The position numbers and the translations under genes were made by a program. Below, in pieces: positions 1-8,597 of a DNA stretch of 34,434 nt. The notes beneath the pieces were generated by a model, which worked only from the letters and a program-made list of their open reading frames with translations, had not been told where the DNA came from and did not search any database. The DNA comes from Escherichia coli (GTDB taxonomy: Bacteria > Pseudomonadota > Gammaproteobacteria > Enterobacterales > Enterobacteriaceae): NCBI RefSeq assembly GCF_003334385.1, contig NZ_QOWN01000046.1; one strand, 5' to 3'. How positions within the stretch are numbered: position 1 is the first letter of the stretch; each line of letters begins with the position of its first letter.

Positions 1-1060
1 GAGGAGTGGCAGATGGCCACGGGATAGGGCTTCCCACCGGGTAGGATTCAAAGCCAACCCACACACCGGATTGGCACGAAAGTATTGCCCCTTTACTGTC
101 GCGGCCTACAAGTCCGTCCGGTGAGCAGGAAGTACCTGCGGTGGCTGTTTTTTCCAGCTGTAAATACTCACCTGTGGAAAGACGACCGTCAGACCGGATC
201 GTTCCACCGCTGACTTTGCCCCCTTTGATTTCACCATCGGTGGTGATCCCTTTGTTATTGACGGCGCGTATCCACTGGCTGTCAGTCATGGTGAAACCGC
301 CTCCGTGCGTCGTGTTCATCCACCCCTTGTTGTTTCTGGTGATAAGCCAGCCGTCTTCGCTGGTTATATCGCCTTTCACCGTGGCTTTCTGACCATTGAG
401 GTTACCGGCGTTATTGATGTCATTTCCGCCCATGTTGATGGCGGTGTGCATCTGGTTCAGCTCTGGTCTCCCCGGGACCTGAAAACGATACAACCTGTCG
501 CTTTCCTGCAGATCATCACCCGTCATGACGACGGCAATGTGACCTGCCGAACAGGTGAGTCCGTAATCCCCCGGTTTGTCTGTCCAGGCGCCGAATGCGC
601 CGGTTGCTGTTCCGTTTTTACCAATATAACCACCCAGCCCGGGAAGCTGTCCTGCCACACTGCGCAGACCATCTTCTTTGATATTCTGCCCCCCTGTTGA
701 GCAGGTCAGGGCTTCAAGACGTCCTGTAGTCTGGTTACGGCGGATACCCGTGATATAACTCTGCCCAAACGGAGAACGATTAAATCCCTGTTTCAGGTAT
801 CCCTTGCGAATCAAATCATCGGCTGTAAAGTTTGCCGGAAGGCTGCCGTTGTGCAGAGTGGCATTGTTATCGGCAATGTAATTTCTGGCTGCGGTATTGT
901 AGGCATCTGCATGAGAAGCAGCACTCTGGTAAAGCTGTTCATTCAGCCAGTTTTCTATTTCGGAATAAATCAGCGGCGTGGCGATACCAATCACTATCAG
1001 TCCCGCCAGTATTTCAAGCAGAATAAAACCTTTGTCGTCATCGTGTCTGAACTTTTTCAC
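1..1060 (-). CDS. pilV: PilV, type IV pilus minor pilin/adhesin; partial, C-terminal shufflon-variable end runs off the left edge
   Basis: Minus-strand frame open from the window edge to a GTG at about 1060 preceded by GGAGAT; N-terminus KKFRHDDDKG/FILLEILAGLIVIG is a prepilin-like leader plus hydrophobic helix; GTG overlaps the pilU stop (GTGA). Four listed plus-strand ORFs here are antisense to it. Confidence 0.75.
   Translation of the reverse strand, partial: MKKFRHDDDKGFILLEILAGLIVIGIATPLIYSEIENWLNEQLYQSAASHADAYNTAARNYIADNNATLHNGSLPANFTADDLIRKGYLKQGFNRSPFGQSYITGIRRNQTTGRLEALTCSTGGQNIKEDGLRSVAGQLPGLGGYIGKNGTATGAFGAWTDKPGDYGLTCSAGHIAVVMTGDDLQESDRLYRFQVPGRPELNQMHTAINMGGNDINNAGNLNGQKATVKGDITSEDGWLITRNNKGWMNTTHGGGFTMTDSQWIRAVNNKGITTDGEIKGGKVSGGTIRSDGRLSTGEYLQLEKTATAGTSCSPDGLVGRDSKGAILSCQSGVWVGFESYPVGSPIPWPSATP
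59..77 (-). repeat. Shufflon 19-bp recombination site (Rci target-like) inside the pilV 3' region
   Basis: Minus strand reads GTGCCAATCCGGTGTGTGG, matching my recollection of the R64 shufflon repeat consensus GTGCCAATCCGGTNNGTGG; it sits where the constant part of pilV would meet the variable segment. Confidence 0.6.
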
Positions 1061-1764
1061 GTGAATATCTCCGAAGTGCGGAAAACGGAATCAGGGAGGA
1101 GGGTTAGTGCATACAGTGATGCGCAGAGAAACGGGGCGAACGGCAGTGCCTGCTGACGTCTGCGACGGCAGAAGAGGAGGATAAACAGAAATGCCCCGGA
1201 AGCTGCGGCGGTGATTAGCAGCGGCGTGTGTTGTGGCTGTGTCCACATTGCAATTCCTGCTATCAGGAATACATCACCAAGGCCGAGTGCTTCTGTTCCT
1301 TTTGCCGTTATGAAAAACTGCCGTAGCAGGTATGTCATGCCGAACCAGAGTGATGCGTTGAGGAGGCTGTATGTGAGCTCCTCCAGGCTGTACCTGAACG
1401 CTGCCCCCAGAACAATCAGTGAAAGCGTGAATATCCGGGGAAGCCGACAGACGGCGATGTCCGTCAGCGTCATTACAGTTAATAATCCCGTCAGAATGGA
1501 AAGGAATAACAGCCCCGTGGCTTCAACACCATATGCGCCGTTGAGGCTGACACTCACTATGGCCAGAAGGCAACACACGTACACCACCGGCCTGGGCGGC
1601 CGGGTGTCGTGTACTGCTGACAGGTAGAGAGCGGCGGTGCTGTATGCAAGATAAAGAATAACCGCCAGGATGATGATTATTATTGTCATGCTCAGTAATG
1701 CGCTCACCGTCACCTCGTATTTATTAATATTGTCTGAAATACCGGTTGTGGATTTTTCGGGCAT
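1057..1764 (-). CDS. pilU: Prepilin peptidase PilU (start may be an internal Met near 1689)
   Basis: 235-aa polytopic membrane protein in the prepilin-peptidase position of the operon; overlaps pilT and pilV. Confidence 0.75.
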   Translation of the reverse strand: MPEKSTTGISDNINKYEVTVSALLSMTIIIIILAVILYLAYSTAALYLSAVHDTRPPRPVVYVCCLLAIVSVSLNGAYGVEATGLLFLSILTGLLTVMTLTDIAVCRLPRIFTLSLIVLGAAFRYSLEELTYSLLNASLWFGMTYLLRQFFITAKGTEALGLGDVFLIAGIAMWTQPQHTPLLITAAASGAFLFILLFCRRRRQQALPFAPFLCASLYALTLLPDSVFRTSEIFT

Positions 1765-2206
1765 ATATCATGCGCCGGGCTGTGTTATTTTTGCTGAAAC
1801 CGGCGTTATAGCTGCCCAGACATTCCCAGTTAACGCCGCAGCGTTGAAAATGGCGGGCCAGTATCCAGGCCCCGGTCTGAATATTCAGGCAGGGATTATT
1901 AAGCAGGTCATTTTTGTCTTTAATGACTCCAAGCTTTTTCAGCTCAGGAATATGCACTGAATTAATCTGCATAATCCCGTAATCCGTACTGATGATTTTT
2001 CCGGATTTGTTTTTATTGTGATTTATCGCAGTGGCGACCAGACTGCTTTCCTGCTGTGCAATGGTTTTAAGAAGATCAGGCGCAATCTGGTAGCGTTTTC
2101 CGGCCTGAATAAAGCAACTGTCCAGTAATGTGTTTGTGGCGACAGCCTCAGCGGGAAGGGCGAAAAATAACGGACAAATCACGGCAGAAAAAAATAACCA
2201 CTTCAT
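1724..2206 (-). CDS. pilT: PilT-like lytic transglycosylase (SLT domain)
   Basis: 160 aa with signal peptide (MKWLFFSAVICPLFFALPAEA); size and operon position match the R64-type thin-pilus PilT as I recall it. Confidence 0.7.
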   Translation of the reverse strand: MKWLFFSAVICPLFFALPAEAVATNTLLDSCFIQAGKRYQIAPDLLKTIAQQESSLVATAINHNKNKSGKIISTDYGIMQINSVHIPELKKLGVIKDKNDLLNNPCLNIQTGAWILARHFQRCGVNWECLGSYNAGFSKNNTARRMIYARKIHNRYFRQY

Positions 2207-2253
2207 GCGGATACACTCCGGAAAAGCGCCCCGGAGGGCGCTGTGTCAGGATA

Positions 2254-2790
2254 TTAACTGCTGGTTTCGAGCGTGATATCGTTTGTGGCGGCAGAGCATA
2301 CAGTTACCGGATCCACACTGGCAGGTGTCTGGCCTTTGATTTTTGTGAACATGGATGAACTGCGCAGACTGTTAATCAGCTCAACACAGTTTTCTTTCGG
2401 TACGGCTTTACTGGTTATGGTATAACCGTATTTATTACTTGTTGCTGCAATGGTGACATCGCCTCCCCATGCATTTTTGGCCTTGTTACTTCCGGCGATC
2501 ATATCAGCCGGCAGGGAACCGCTTTCTGTCAGGGTTTTGATATAATCTGTGCCGGTATATCTGCCCTGGAACTTGTACTGCTTCATTTTTGTTGCAATAG
2601 TCTGCAGGTTTTTCAGTTCACGCTGGTTATCACTGGATGACATTGTGCTGGACATCTGACTCATTGCGAGAGCTACCACAATACCGATGATAATCAGTGC
2701 ACCGGCAATTTCCAGTAATGTTAAACCTTTATCCTCCTCTTTCTCTTTTTTTAAAGCAAAATAAGAATAAAGACATGATCTGAAGTTCAT
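2254..2790 (-). CDS. pilS: Type IVb prepilin (major pilin) PilS
   Basis: 178 aa; charged leader followed by KG/LTLLEIAGALIIIGIVVALA, a type IV prepilin cleavage motif and hydrophobic N-terminal helix. Confidence 0.8.
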   Translation of the reverse strand: MNFRSCLYSYFALKKEKEEDKGLTLLEIAGALIIIGIVVALAMSQMSSTMSSSDNQRELKNLQTIATKMKQYKFQGRYTGTDYIKTLTESGSLPADMIAGSNKAKNAWGGDVTIAATSNKYGYTITSKAVPKENCVELINSLRSSSMFTKIKGQTPASVDPVTVCSAATNDITLETSS

Positions 2791-2837
2791 ATATCACTCC
2801 TAGTGTTATGGGGATCAGAAATATTCTGTATGCGGGA

Positions 2838-4004
2838 TTATTGTTTCAGCATGTCGCTGATACTGTAGATGGCAGATATCATGTTAAGAATAAAAAAGAA
2901 GACAAAACCTCCTGATATACCGGTAATAATTAATCCAATTCGTTTTACCCGTTTTTTTGCTTCCTCCAGCCACTGATCGGCATAGAGTGCCATGGTTGCC
3001 ACACTGTCCTCCCTTTCGGAGTTCAGGAGCAGTTTATTGATGCATATTCTGGACGGAAAATCATAACCGGAATTTCGCATTGCTGTGGCCAGATTCTGAC
3101 CGGATAATACATGTTTTCGTATTGCCTGAATTCTCTCCTTTAACCATTTATTCTTTTCTGCACCTTTTTCCATTCGGAGCAGCGCCTGCGAAAGAGGAAT
3201 ATTAATCTGCAGCATGGATGAAATACTGAACAGATAATTCACCCCGTGTAAGGTCTGATACAGTGACCAGGGGGGAGCCTTGTCCAGCATCCTCCGGCCG
3301 GGGCCGGTATACCGGCTGAATGAAAAACGGATCAGAAGCGTCAGGGCGAAAATGGTCCCACAGAGCCAGAATCCGTACCCGATGAAAAATTCCGACATGC
3401 CGGCAAGCAATTTCATCTGGAATGACCATTTATCTTCTGAAGCAAACGCACTGACGATGGGGATGATACGGGTATGGGCGTTGTACATATTCACCACACA
3501 GAGCGAAAGCAGCAGAAGGGGGTAGAGGCAGACGGCAATGAGGCTGGATGTCATTTCCCGCCGGGCTTTAACGGTTCTGGCCACCTGGAAAAGGGCGTCG
3601 GCAATATTTCCGCGCTCTTCCCCGTTTCTGATTAACGTGGCTTCCTCCGGTGGCACCCAGGTTAACAGGGCACCGGATAACATGCCGCTGGCTTTGATGG
3701 AATCGATGCATTCTTTTGCCAGAAAATACATGCCGGATGTGCCTTTCTTTTCACCAAAATCGGTTTCGATCTCGCAGAGAAATTCGAGTGCACGCAGGGA
3801 CGGCGTTCCGTCACGTATCATGCCGCCCAGGGCTTCGTAGAACTCCACCCGGTTCAGGGCAAAGGTTTTTCTGGCTATCCAGACAGTCAGTGCTGTCAGC
3901 TCAATGTCGGTGTTGTTGAGTTTTTCCAGAAATCTCATGTCAGTGCAGCAGCGTATAGCTGTCCTCGTCGATGGGAGAGATGTAATGGGCCGCCAGCGGA
4001 TCAA
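2838..4004 (-). CDS. pilR: PilR, GspF/PilC-family inner-membrane platform protein (probable true start about 3938, just after the pilQ stop)
   Basis: Polytopic membrane protein following the ATPase gene; the internal Met (MRFLEK...) gives about 366 aa and abuts the pilQ stop. Confidence 0.75.
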   Translation of the reverse strand: MIRWRPITSLPSTRTAIRCCTDMRFLEKLNNTDIELTALTVWIARKTFALNRVEFYEALGGMIRDGTPSLRALEFLCEIETDFGEKKGTSGMYFLAKECIDSIKASGMLSGALLTWVPPEEATLIRNGEERGNIADALFQVARTVKARREMTSSLIAVCLYPLLLLSLCVVNMYNAHTRIIPIVSAFASEDKWSFQMKLLAGMSEFFIGYGFWLCGTIFALTLLIRFSFSRYTGPGRRMLDKAPPWSLYQTLHGVNYLFSISSMLQINIPLSQALLRMEKGAEKNKWLKERIQAIRKHVLSGQNLATAMRNSGYDFPSRICINKLLLNSEREDSVATMALYADQWLEEAKKRVKRIGLIITGISGGFVFFFILNMISAIYSISDMLKQ

Positions 4005-5448
4005 CCTGTCCGCTGTTGATTTTTCCCAGCAGATGCTGATTTCGTGTCATGCCGCCCAGCTCCCGGTGCCAGTATGTTCTGGCCTCAATACGCCCCTTTT
4101 CCCGGTACAACTGGAAAAAACGGGCATCCGGGGAGATGACTTCTGCGATCACCGTTCGTCCTGTCACGCCACGCCAGCAGTGCGGGCAGCCTTCATGATT
4201 TCGCAGATATACCTGGTCCGGGTTGCAGACGCTTTCCACCAGGCGCCGTTCATCATCCGTGCGCTCGGTCGCCACCTCATGCCAGGGGCGACGGCAGTGC
4301 GGACATATCAGCTGAACCAGACGCTGGCTCAGCAGGCCAATGAACAGTTGCGGGTCGGCAATCATCCTGGCCTGCACCCCCTCCATCTCAAGACGTTCGA
4401 GGATGTTAATCGGGTCGTTCGCATGGATGGTGGTCAGCATCAGATGGCCGGTCATGGCGGCTTTTATTGCCGTAATGGCGGAATCGTGGTCGCGGATTTC
4501 ACCGTTCAGGATCCCGTCGGGGTCAAGACGCAGTGCCGATTTGATGGAGTCCACCCAGCCCTGCGCGGTATCCATGACGGCGGTCTGAATGGCACCGGGA
4601 ATACGCCCTTCCGGCGGGGATTCGATGGTGAACAGCCTGCGACGGGGAAGAAGAATACCGCCGGTGTTGTTGAAGCCGTACTGTTCAAGGTACGCCGCAG
4701 AGGCGGTTCTCAGCGTGGTGGATTTTCCTGAGCCGGTGGGGCCTGAGAGCGTGATAATGCCTTCAGGGCGCTGCAGAATGCGGCGAAGAGTGCGCTCCTG
4801 GTCAGGGTGATAGCCCAGCATACTGAAGGTCGGGATTTGCTGACTGTCATCCTTGATCAGACGGAGCACAGCATAGAGGCCGCCCACACAGGGGTAGTGG
4901 GAGTAGCGTGCACCAAACAGACCGGCCAGTTTCAGATACTGCTCTGAAAGACGTGCATCCTGAGGCACCCCGGGATCAAACTGTGTGCCTTTGATAACAT
5001 CGGTCATGCCGGAATAGGTGGCCCCCAGTAATTCGAGGCCTTCTTCTTTCCGGAGGATATCGAGCACTTCCAGTTCGCCGTGAACCCGGGCTTCCACATA
5101 GGTGAAGTCCGTGTTGTCTCGTCCCGGGGTCATATGAAGGTCTGAGGCACCAAGAGAGGCAGAATGGCGGATATAGCCGAGCATTTTCTGCTGTACCGGG
5201 TTAATGACGCTTTCATCACCGGCGGTTGTGGTGTCCTGTCTGAGGCGGGCTATCACATCCAGGGTGGTGAACTCAAAGTCTCCCACACGCCCCTGATGAC
5301 GTGCGCGCAGGCGGGTCAGATATTCCTGGACGGCACGCAGATGTTTTTTTCCCTCCACGACCCTGACCCGCAGATGACCGGTTTTATCTGTGTCGATAGC
5401 CACATAATCCAGAATGTCATCCGGTGGCAGGTCTGCAGACTCCAACAT
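3940..5448 (-). CDS. pilQ: PilQ, type IV pilus/type II secretion-family assembly ATPase
   Basis: 502 aa with Walker A GPTGSGKST and a C-terminal tetracysteine motif (CPHC...CPHC) typical of GspE/PilB ATPases. Confidence 0.9.
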   Translation of the reverse strand: MLESADLPPDDILDYVAIDTDKTGHLRVRVVEGKKHLRAVQEYLTRLRARHQGRVGDFEFTTLDVIARLRQDTTTAGDESVINPVQQKMLGYIRHSASLGASDLHMTPGRDNTDFTYVEARVHGELEVLDILRKEEGLELLGATYSGMTDVIKGTQFDPGVPQDARLSEQYLKLAGLFGARYSHYPCVGGLYAVLRLIKDDSQQIPTFSMLGYHPDQERTLRRILQRPEGIITLSGPTGSGKSTTLRTASAAYLEQYGFNNTGGILLPRRRLFTIESPPEGRIPGAIQTAVMDTAQGWVDSIKSALRLDPDGILNGEIRDHDSAITAIKAAMTGHLMLTTIHANDPINILERLEMEGVQARMIADPQLFIGLLSQRLVQLICPHCRRPWHEVATERTDDERRLVESVCNPDQVYLRNHEGCPHCWRGVTGRTVIAEVISPDARFFQLYREKGRIEARTYWHRELGGMTRNQHLLGKINSGQVDPLAAHYISPIDEDSYTLLH

Positions 5449-5544
5449 AAGGCCTCCTTACGGGCAGCGGTGCCCGGAAAATATGTTTTCTGTTATTAAG
5501 CGAGGGAAATAATCAGTTCTTCTGCGGAGAGAATCTGGACATTT

Positions 5545-6141
5545 TCAGCACAGGCTTAACAGTGTAAAAATGATTACGCCTCCAAAGGCGAATAACAGGG
5601 GAATGTTTTTCTCCGGCTGTGTTGATCTCAGCGTTAATACCGGTGTGGCGAGAGCGTAAAAAATAATACCTGCGGTATAAATAAAATAAGGTGTGATGCC
5701 GGACAGATTACATATACTGGCGAATATCATAAGAATGACGGCAACTACCGATAAAATAATGGAAGTATTCTTCCATTCACCAGATGGTGTAAGTGAAATG
5801 ATATCGCCATCCTGTTTATAGTTCGTGTTCAGCTTCAGGAAATGACGGATATCTTTCAGCGTGTTCAGTTTCTGCTGGATCTCTTCCACAAGTTCCTGTC
5901 TGTCGGTTTTTTCACGGAGCAGCTGGAATTTTGTCTCCCTCAGTACAGATATAATACGGTCCACCTGGCCGGGGGAGGGATAGTAATGATGTTCGAGCAT
6001 CCACCGGACATCGGCGATTAACCGGTCAGTTACCGGTGTATTACCGTTGTTAATGAGAGGTGTTTCGTGCATCCACTGAAATATGCGGTAGATATGTTGC
6101 TTAACAAAAATAAAATCATCGGTGGTTTTATTCTCCAGCAT
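5545..6141 (-). CDS. Hypothetical membrane protein (soluble N-terminal domain plus C-terminal transmembrane helices) embedded in the pil operon
   Basis: 198-aa ORF between pilP and pilQ; noticeably more AT-rich than the flanking pil genes; no family recognised. Confidence 0.5.
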   Translation of the reverse strand: MLENKTTDDFIFVKQHIYRIFQWMHETPLINNGNTPVTDRLIADVRWMLEHHYYPSPGQVDRIISVLRETKFQLLREKTDRQELVEEIQQKLNTLKDIRHFLKLNTNYKQDGDIISLTPSGEWKNTSIILSVVAVILMIFASICNLSGITPYFIYTAGIIFYALATPVLTLRSTQPEKNIPLLFAFGGVIIFTLLSLC

Positions 6142-6236
6142 GAGATATATCCCGTCGAGTGTTAATAATAAAACGTCCCGGGTGTGAGGTGATTTGTGAT
6201 GTATTGTACGGAATATTATTTCTGCACTGTAATCGC

Positions 6237-6791
6237 TTACGCAGGTGATATATCACACCAGAGGAAATACAGCGGAATGAAGCTGTAGAGTGACCAGAAA
6301 AGCCCGACGGGATCTTTTGCCCACAGGCATAAGAATGTCAGTCCGGTGCACCATGCGCCGGCAAGTGCCGCGCATAATTCAGCGCCTCCGGAATTGCCGC
6401 TCTTCATCATATAACAGAGCACGATCAGCAGTGGGATAATGAAGACGAGCGGCAGGACAAAGGATTCGGCTGCGGATATCCATTCCCGGTAACGCCAGCG
6501 GTCGTTTAATCTGTCGGCATCATATTTCAGACAGTTGCTCAGGAACGCCAGATCGTTCATGAGGGGGGCGTCCTGGCCATACTGCGCCGCGAGGCGCATT
6601 CTGGCACCCCACAACCGGGCACTCAGGGCACGGAGTTGTGCCGGGGTGACCTGTTTTCCCCGACAAAGTTGTTCCTGTAATTGTGTTGCCTCGTGGACAA
6701 TATCTGTGTGGTTCACCCCGTATTCTGCAGCGGCTGTTTCCAGGTCACGGATGATCAGGCTGAGCCAGGATATCAGTTCACTGATGTTCAT
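6237..6791 (-). CDS. Hypothetical membrane protein embedded in the pil operon
   Basis: 184-aa ORF with the same architecture as its neighbour (soluble N-terminus, hydrophobic C-terminal segments); no family recognised. Confidence 0.5.
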   Translation of the reverse strand: MNISELISWLSLIIRDLETAAAEYGVNHTDIVHEATQLQEQLCRGKQVTPAQLRALSARLWGARMRLAAQYGQDAPLMNDLAFLSNCLKYDADRLNDRWRYREWISAAESFVLPLVFIIPLLIVLCYMMKSGNSGGAELCAALAGAWCTGLTFLCLWAKDPVGLFWSLYSFIPLYFLWCDISPA

Positions 6792-6839
6792 TGTCGTTCA
6801 TCCTTTTGCACGGACAGCCGCCTGTACTGGCGGCCGGTT

Positions 6840-7292
6840 TCATGGTCGCAGGGTTTTTCTGATGCCGGACTGCTCCAGTACCACACTGTCCGGTGTGATT
6901 TTCTCCACGAGATAAGGGGTTCCGGGGATGTTCTGGCCCGTCTTCACATCGGTGATGTGTCCACCCGAAAGTTCTATCCGGGCGCTCAGCTGAGGCTGTA
7001 CACCAAATATTTCTGTCAGACGGGGGGATGCCGCCGTCGACGGGGCAGTCGGGATGGCGGACGTGCTTTCCTGCGGACGACCGGGCTCTGCGGGAATACC
7101 CTGCTCCAGCATGCGCAGCTCATGACGGATTTTCTCTCTCGCCAGCATGGCTTCATACAGGGCTGTTTCGTCCTGTATCCGCTCAATCTGCAGTTGCCGG
7201 GGACTCTGTTCCTCTGCGTTTCCGGTTGTGGCCATTGCCGTTGCCGGTAACAGCAGCGCTGAAACCAGAAGGGCTTTTGTTTTAGCGTGCAT
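6840..7292 (-). CDS. pilP: PilP-like periplasmic pilus biogenesis protein
   Basis: 150 aa with signal peptide (MHAKTKALLVSALLLPATAMA); operon position and size match R64 PilP as I recall it. Confidence 0.65.
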   Translation of the reverse strand: MHAKTKALLVSALLLPATAMATTGNAEEQSPRQLQIERIQDETALYEAMLAREKIRHELRMLEQGIPAEPGRPQESTSAIPTAPSTAASPRLTEIFGVQPQLSARIELSGGHITDVKTGQNIPGTPYLVEKITPDSVVLEQSGIRKTLRP

Positions 7293-8577
7293 AATATTTA
7301 CCTGTAAATTGATAGTGGAAACGACCGTTCTCCAGTTGTCGTGTGACAGAGATAAAACGGACAGAAGGCGCCTTCAGACGTTCAACCAGCTGGTATGCCG
7401 GGAGTAGCGTCTGTATCTGAAGGTCATACTCTTTCCACGGAGGCTGGATAATATTTCCGTTTTCATCGGTGACACTGTTACTGACCTCCTGCCAGTCCAG
7501 CGTCAGTGGCATTGACTGAGCAAGCGTGGTCAGTTGTTCCTGCAGGACAGAGCTTTCCGGCAGAGCATCAACGTCGACGGGATGTTCAGGCAGGCGGAAG
7601 CTGACTGGCAGGCCAATGCCGCCGGTCTTTCCTTCCGGCATCACAATAAAGGGGCGGGTGCCCGTCATATCACTGATGCGCCGGATGAAGTCAGTCACTG
7701 TCGCGCCAGCTGTATTAGTGTACGAGGCGCGAAGATTGCCGCTGCCGCCGTCAGTTGAACATTCAGCCAGCGAATAACGCCATCCGGCGGCAGACAGTGG
7801 CAGTGACGTCCATATGTCAGCACATCCCTGGATAAATGCGTCGGTTTCGGGGAGTCCGGGCCAGGGGGGACTGATTTGTTCCTCTGTGACCTGTCGGGCA
7901 GCTGCTGCCTGCGCGGCTTGTTCAGTCTTCCACCGTTCATAATACTGCCAGCCGTACCATGCAGCGCCGAGAAGGGCGATGATCAGCGAGACAGTGATGA
8001 ACTGCGCTCCCCGGGATACCGGATTCAGGCGCGCGGCAGCCGGATGTTTACCAGAGCCGGTCAGGGTGGACAGCGGCAGGGCCTGATTCTGATCGCCTGC
8101 TGAAAATGCCACCGGTTCATAGCGTGTCCAGCCCTGCTCCGGTTCGGTGTTGATGGAAAGAAAGGTATCCCGGGCTTCACGGACCTCTTCTCCGCTTCCC
8201 ACTAGGTCACTGACGAGAACACCGTCGACAGCGGAAACAAAGCTGTAGCGCGGTGTTTCTCCGGGTAACGTCAGTTCCGTGATGGCATAGCCGCCCTGTT
8301 CAAGCAGTGGCAGGATCAGCAGGGCGAGGGAGAGGTACTGACGGGGTTTTCCGGGCAGTATGCGGCGACTGGCTGTGGCCACCATGGTGTGGGTGTTGGC
8401 ATCTTCATTACTGAGATACTGACAGGCCAGGAAAAGGTCGGCTTTCTGTGCCCGGGCAAAGTCGCGGGCATGCCGGTACTGTGAGGGCAGTGTTTTCCAT
8501 TCCAGACCGGCCAGAAACACATTGCGCCCTGCCGTCAGCGGAAACATCTGCCGCTCTGTCGGTGAAATATCCGTCAC
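7282..8577 (-). CDS. pilO: PilO-like pilus biogenesis protein
   Basis: 431 aa with a central transmembrane segment; position between pilN and pilP; size matches R64 PilO as recalled. Confidence 0.7.
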   Translation of the reverse strand: MTDISPTERQMFPLTAGRNVFLAGLEWKTLPSQYRHARDFARAQKADLFLACQYLSNEDANTHTMVATASRRILPGKPRQYLSLALLILPLLEQGGYAITELTLPGETPRYSFVSAVDGVLVSDLVGSGEEVREARDTFLSINTEPEQGWTRYEPVAFSAGDQNQALPLSTLTGSGKHPAAARLNPVSRGAQFITVSLIIALLGAAWYGWQYYERWKTEQAAQAAAARQVTEEQISPPWPGLPETDAFIQGCADIWTSLPLSAAGWRYSLAECSTDGGSGNLRASYTNTAGATVTDFIRRISDMTGTRPFIVMPEGKTGGIGLPVSFRLPEHPVDVDALPESSVLQEQLTTLAQSMPLTLDWQEVSNSVTDENGNIIQPPWKEYDLQIQTLLPAYQLVERLKAPSVRFISVTRQLENGRFHYQFTGKYYAR

Positions 8578-8597
8578 GATCGTCCTCCTTGTGCAAA

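Noticed and set aside
141-1156. Four plus-strand ORFs (141-392, 305-700, 832-1026, 851-1156)
   Set aside because: They are antisense to the continuous minus-strand pilV frame, which has a clear prepilin-like N-terminus and start context; the plus-strand ORFs lack ribosome-binding sites and recognisable features.
3904-4731. 275-aa plus-strand ORF
   Set aside because: Entirely antisense within the pilQ ATPase gene, which has unambiguous Walker motifs on the minus strand.
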